Source: Octopus bimaculoides
Lineage: Eukaryota
Direction: 5' to 3'
Assembly: GCF_001194135.2 (NCBI RefSeq)
Contig: NC_068990.1
Coordinates: 52,705,199 to 52,743,722, forward strand
DNA length: 38,524 bases
The position numbers and the translations under genes are program-made. Below are positions 32,958-38,524 of this stretch, one piece after another. The notes below the pieces were generated by a model. That model ran no database searches, had not been told where the DNA came from, and saw only the letters and a program-made list of their open reading frames with translations. Position 1 is the stretch's first letter; every line of letters begins with the position of its first letter.

Positions 32958-33189
32958 ATATATATATATATATAACTCTTTTGTAACTTACTGAAATTGT
33001 AGTAAATTATTCCCTCTGTAATTTTGGAGAAATGTATTTTTTGTTGGCAAAAGAACACTGAAATTCTTAAGAAAATAAATAGTTCATTAGTACCACTTGA
33101 ATGAAGAAACAATTAATATTAGAATATTTAATGCTACTTAATATGTTAATGTCTAAACCGAAAATAAATATGTATTCAGAGAGAAAGCA

Positions 33190-33572
33190 ATAGCTTGCTT
33201 TCCAACCACATGGTTCGGGGTTCAGTTCCACTGCATGGCACCTTGGGCAAGTGTCTTCTACTATAATCTTGGGTTAACCAAAGCCTTGTGAGTGGATTTG
33301 GTAGATGGAAACAGAAAGAAGACTGTTGTATCTATCTATCTGTCTGTCTGTCAGTCTAAATGCATGTCTTAGTGTCTGTCCCCCACCACTGCTTGTCAAT
33401 AAGTGTTGTGTTTATGTCCCTGTAGCTAAGCGGTTTGACAAAAGAGACCAGTAGAATAAGTACCAAGCTTGAAAAAAATAAGTACTGGGGTTGATTCAAC
33501 TGACTAAAAATTCTTCAAGGCAGTGCCCCAGCATGACTGCTGTCTAATGACTGAAACAAATAAAAGATAAAA
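33190..33572 (+). mobile_element. Second tRNA-derived SINE family copy
   Basis: GCTTGCTTTCCAACCACATGGTTCGGGGTTCAGTTCCACTGCATGGCACCTTGGGCAAGTGTCTTCTACTATA (B-box-like GGTTCAGTTCC)...GCAGTGCCCCAGCATGACTGC...GACTGAAACAAATAAAAGATAAAA. Confidence 0.8.
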
Positions 33573-33605
33573 ATTACATTTTTATTTTCAATTTCATTTC
33601 ATTTT

Positions 33606-33748
33606 TAAGGTAGAGAGCTGGCAGAATCATTAGCATGCCAGACAAAATGCTTAGCAGCATTTCATCTATCTTTACATTTTGAGTTCAAATTCCACCAAAG
33701 ATGACTTTGCCTTTTATCCTTTCAGGGCCAATAAAATATGTACCAGTT
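33606..33748 (+). mobile_element. tRNA-derived SINE copy (family 1), 3'-truncated
   Basis: AAGGTAGAGAGCTGGCAGAATCATTAGCATGCCAGACAAAATGCTTAGC...GAGTTCAAATTCC. Confidence 0.82.
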
Positions 33749-34174
33749 TAATTTCATTTTTATTAAAATTTAATTCAAATTTTCTTTTATAAATTCTGAT
33801 TTGTTTGACTAGGGGAATGGCTGTGGACTTTAGATGTTAACCTCATAACTCAATGTTGTTGGAAATATGTATATTTGGAGATATGTATACTTGCAGGTTA
33901 AATTCCCATTGTTTAACATCTTTGGTTGATGTTACAGTGGTGATGAAATATGACATTCAGAAACTGTTAGGAAGTTCTTGGGTGATAGATAAAGCACCAT
34001 TGCCTGGGGTTTTGGCAGTGCCTTTAGATGGAATTCATTCTATTGCAAGTATTTTGGACCAGAACTCAAGGCTGAAGATAACTTTGTCCTTCTCACACCA
34101 GTTATGAGGACCCTGAAGAAGATCAAACATCCTATACTTCTCCCCACAAAACAAAGAAGAGGGAGGGAGGGACG

Positions 34175-34232
34175 AGAAGAAGAAGAAGAAGAAGAAGAAG
34201 AAGAAGAAGAAGAAGAAGGAGAAGAAGAAGAA
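34175..34232. repeat. (GAA)n microsatellite
   Basis: Direct reading. Confidence 0.95.
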
Positions 34233-34260
34233 ACCCAGTATTATTTGACATCCATCAACA

Positions 34261-34445
34261 TTAACCCTTTTGATACCAACCCATCTGAGATTGCTTTTGG
34301 TCCTATGATATAAAATTCTTGTTTTAAAGTGATCTAAATTAAAACTTAATAATTACAGTTATTTCACTAAATTCTTCATTATTTTCAAAATTAATTGAAA
34401 CAAAGTTAATATAGTTCAACTGAAATATAGTAACAAAATGGTTAA
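34261..34445. mobile_element. TTAA-flanked MITE (piggyBac-like termini)
   Basis: TTAA-CCCTTTTGATAC (34261) ... GTAACAAAATGG-TTAA (34445); 10/12 TIR match. Confidence 0.65.
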
Positions 34446-34887
34446 TGGGTATATTATTGACATAAATAGTAGTGTCATGAGAAGGTTACCTTGGAAAATG
34501 TCACATTTTATGTGAGGTTGTGTTATTGATTTTTACAGTTTATTTTCTGTGGTCTATATATTTCCTGAATGTTTTTTTTTCATATTAATTGGTTTAAAAA
34601 GTATTTGAGAGACAAAGACTGACTTCTCTGACTTCTTGATATGCTGTTTTGGTCACTTAATAATCCCATGGATTTGATTAAATAAGTTTCAGCTGAGATC
34701 TTACTTCCAAATTCTCATTATTAGTTTTATAATATCAGTTAAAGAATTTCAGTACAAACTTAGGTATCATTCTTTCTGATACTCTTACATTCTACTTCAT
34801 ATTTTGACTTGTTGGTAGTTCTTTCTGTGCATTCTGCCTCTCTCTCTCTCTCTCTCTCTCTTTTTTTAAATACATTGATTTGTAGTA

Positions 34888-35100
34888 AGGCGGTAAGCTG
34901 GTAGAGCCATTAGCATTCTAGGCAAAATGCTGCTAAGAATTTTACCTATCCTTACATTCTGAGTTCAAATTCTGCTGGAGTTCACTTTACCTTTCATCCT
35001 TTCAGGGTCGATAAAATAAGTACCAGTTGAGCACTGGTGTTTATATTATTGACTTATCCATTCCTCCAAAATTGCTGGCCTTGTGCCAAATCTGAAACCA
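34888..35100 (+). mobile_element. tRNA-derived SINE copy (family 1)
   Basis: AAGGCGGTAAGCTGGTAGAG...CTGAGTTCAAATTC...CTTTCATCCTTTCAGGGTCGATAAAATAAGTACCAGTTGAGCACTGG...AAAATTGCTGGCCTTGTGCCAAATCTGAAACC. Confidence 0.82.
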
Positions 35101-36231
35101 ATATATTGACTTGTACTTTTAATTGAAGTTGAAGAATAGTTTTAATTGGCTGGTTTGTTAGATATATTTATTAATGTTTGCAAGACATATGCTACAATTA
35201 TTAGAAATTTGGTTTTATCAGCAATTAATGTTCTTTAATTTCTTTTTAATAAAAATGTCCTCTGATTTCATTTTGGTATTTGTTTTGTTACATTCTTGTT
35301 CTCCTGTTGTTGTTGTTCTTGAAATAAGAGCATTATTATTACTGGGATATTTTTCTTAGTGATAATTTTGAAATTTCTTTCTTTCTGATGTGAATCTAAT
35401 GTTAAAAGACACCAGTAATTCCATGAGGATAGGGAAACAACATGTTAAAATAACTGTTGAAGGAATTCATATTCTCACGATAATCAGGGTGTCATTTACC
35501 ATCCTTTTGTATGGTGCCACAACTGTTTTTAACATGTCAGCCATCACATGTACCACTGGTGACTCATCTCATACTTCAAACAACCATCAGTAACAAGTTG
35601 TGGCAGTTAACATGATAGTTTCACTGTGAAATTAGGTTTATGATAGCTTGGATGTGGATCAAACTGATGGAAATCATTGATATTTAACAATTCTTCAGCA
35701 TCAGCTTAACTCTCCTTGCCAAGATGTTAAACAATAATAGCAGAAGATTACGTACTAAAATATTCGCAAATACCTGCTTAGATTAAGTTCATTTACATAA
35801 CGGTACATTAGGCCAAACTGTAAAGATTTTCTTAACTGTCTTTTTATTGCTATTTTTTTAACTCTTTTCAAATATTTGTGTTCTGTTTGTTTGGTTCTTC
35901 CCTTTTCCTTAAATTCTTTTCTGGAAACTTTGTGTTATTCAAAAGAACTGGAGAATTATAGGAAATCATTTCTTTCTTGAATGATTACTAATTTATTAGA
36001 ATTGATAAATGGTTCTTATCTCCAGTTCTAGTGATGGTCATGATGACAACAATGATGATGCTGATGCTGCTGACAGAAATAAAAAAATTCTCATTTGAGT
36101 GCAAAGAAATAATTTAATAAAAAACAAATTGTATGATGATGATGTATGAATAATGTAAGGAAATTCATAGATTGACATGTATGAGCAGATGTAAATACAG
36201 TTATTAAAAATACATACATATACATACATAT

Positions 36232-36385
36232 AGACGCAGACATGGCTGTGGTGTAAGAAGCTTGCTTCCCATCCCTGTAACTTAGTGGTTTGGCAAACAA
36301 GACCAAAAGAACTAAAACTGCTTCGAGGTGGTGCTCCAGCATGGCTACAGTCTGATGACTGAAAGAAGTAAAAGATAAAAGATAC
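36232..36385 (+). mobile_element. Internally deleted SINE family 2 copy
   Basis: GCAGACATGGCTGTGGTGTAAGAAGCTTGCTTCCC joined to GGTGCTCCAGCATGGCTACAGTCTGATGACTGAAAGAAGTAAAAGATAAAAGATA. Confidence 0.65.
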
Positions 36386-36419
36386 ATATACATGGCTGCT
36401 TCTTCATTTTTGAGTATAG

Positions 36420-38235
36420 CCATTGCCTGAAGCACTTCAAGTTTAGCCTCGAGTGACCTACACTCTTAGGCTCAAATGTTAAATACATGATTGCCAAAAC
36501 AACACAAGCAACTTGTTGGCTACCAAACACTTTCATGTAACATTTCAAGACCCTAGCTGATAGGCAAACTTGGTGGAATTCATGGCATGTTGTTATGCTG
36601 TGTATGGTGCAACCCAAGTCAACTCTCTGTACATGACTTCTTTTGTGACTTTTCAGTCCTCCTCTGCTGAAGCAAACTCTCCCATGTTCGTTGCATGTCA
36701 GCTCACCCTGGTCACCCACGTCTCCTGGAAATATCACATATACACCCTTTCTAGATCCTTTCTTCAAGCTATTTCAAATTTCTCACTTTTGTCATATTCT
36801 GCTTTTCTCTATCTTGCCTACTCTGTTGCAATCTCTTCTCATTCCTTTTCCAAGATGTTAGCTTTCTTCAATAGTGTATTTATACAGTTCTTGAAACTCA
36901 GCTTAGGTTTATAAGGTGAACACTTTCCAATACTCAGCTCACCATACAGGAATTACTTTGGAGTCCAGCAGGCTTTCATTCTCATTAAGTGACTCATTCG
37001 AGTCTGCATTGCAAAATGATTGTCTCAATACTTTGACTGTGACTTCTTTCCAATATCACTATTTCCAATGCAGGACCAAGATATGATGTAGACACTGCTG
37101 GTGGGAGCACTTCAGGTGTTTCAAGTGTTTTTGGTAGGTTACTCACATCTCATAAGTGTACAACAGGGAGGATAAATATATAAATCTTCACTTTAGTATC
37201 AATATAGATACCATGTTGAGACTACACGCAGTTTTCCAACTTTCTGAAAGCATCCCTAGCTTTGCTTATTCTTAGTGAGATTTCATTGTTATGGGTGCAT
37301 GGTGTACTAAGAGTGCTACCAAGATACACAAACCTATGAAGCTTCTGATCATATACTTGGATATCTAGTTCAAAGTATGGCACTCCTGGCCATAAGTCTT
37401 TTTAAGACTTATTGTGTAGTCTAGCACAGAAAAAGCATTGGAAAAAAAAGTCCATATGTTGCATGCCATCTTGAGTGTCAGCAAAGAGATCACAGTCATC
37501 TGCATAGAAAAATTCTCTTAGCAATGAGAACATGACTTTTGAGGCATCTTATGTCAATAGTTTCCTAGACATACAAAACTTGACATATATTCTACATGGA
37601 CACTTTGCTAAAAGCCATTACAAACACTATTGTAAAATGCAGTGAAAACAGTGCTAGAATATCACCTTGTTTGGCACCATTATTCACAGCAACAGGATCA
37701 GATACATTTCCACCAACATTCACCTAGGCCTTCATGTTGTCATGGAATTAGCAAAGAATTGTCGCAAACTTATTTGGATGTCCAAGTTTCCTCAGTATCT
37801 TCCAAAGAGCTTCTCTGTTTACTGTGTCAAACAACTTTGTCAGGTCATCAAACACTTGAAATAAATCCTTCTTTGTTCAATACACTTTTTCTGAAGTTGC
37901 CTAGCTGAGAATATTATATCAATCTTATAGCTTTCTCTTCTAAAACCACACTGAGATTCTGAAAGAACATAAACAATGTACAAAAGTAGTTTATTGAGCA
38001 TAACCTTACACAATACTTTACCAGCAACTGAAAGCAACACTATCCCCCAGTAATTGCTACAGTTGTCTTTTCAACCTTCTTTATATAGTACAACCATGAG
38101 AGCATCTTTCCAGTTTTGTGGAACTATTTCATCACCCCACATATTCTATATCAAGGAGGTGAGTTGGTGTATTAAATTTTGACTTCTACTCCTAACATTT
38201 TCCACATGCAGACAGTCCACTTAGGCATATCTTCT
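36420..38235 (-). mobile_element. RTE-BovB-like LINE remnant (third RTE lineage)
   Basis: LLSVAGKVLCKVML...LSESQCGFRR...DIIFSARQLQKKCIEQ. C-terminal C2H2-like C..GRVC.SRGGLKSHKRSH. Confidence 0.8.
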
Positions 38236-38237
38236 TT

Positions 38238-38524
38238 CATTGGACACTAAACTCCACTTGCAAAGACCTGTTGAGGCAAGTGAAATCGAAATCGAGTTAA
38301 ATTGGACACGAAACTCAGCTTGTGAAGACTTATTGGGGCAAGCGAAAGCGAATTTGTGATGGCACCTGTGCCCAGTATCGCCTTTCTGGCACTTGTGCCC
38401 GTGGCATGTCTAAGGACTTTCGAGTGAGATCGTTGCCAGTGCCCCTGGACTGGCTCTTGTGCGGGTGGCACATAAAATACACCATTTTGAGCGTGGCCGT
38501 TGCCAGTACCACCTGACTGGCATT
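38238..38524 (+). mobile_element. Repeat related to the RTE 3' UTR (SINE or LINE tail), running off the window
   Basis: CATTGGACACTAAACTCCACTTGCAAAGACCTG matches the reverse complement of 11168-11200 (29/33). Followed by GTGCC...GGTGGCACATAAAA repeats. Confidence 0.65.

Noticed and set aside
34104-34313. Poly-Glu ORF
   Set aside because: Translation of the (GAA)n microsatellite.

Overview
AT-rich animal genomic DNA from a draft assembly, with three N gaps. It is almost entirely a nested graveyard of transposable elements. The interspersed SINE/MITE families look like those I recognise from Octopus (cephalopod) genomes; this is pattern recognition, not a database hit. I found no host protein-coding gene that I can support. 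Contents: (1) three Ty3/Gypsy remnants plus a solo LTR; (2) a complete-length Chapaev3-type DNA transposon with TIRs and a 3-bp TSD; (3) about ten R4/Dong-type (RLE) non-LTR retrotransposon copies, all on the minus strand, most stacked in trinucleotide microsatellites; (4) three distinct RTE-clade LINE lineages; (5) many tRNA-derived SINE copies, a Helentron/DINE-1-like non-autonomous element and TTAA-flanked MITEs. The most unusual structures are three long, near-perfect fold-back palindromes (114, 39 and 60 bp arms), each beside an abruptly truncated element, a Gypsy LTR with an internal array of PBS-like motifs, and an unidentified decayed coding-like stretch near 35.4-35.7 kb.
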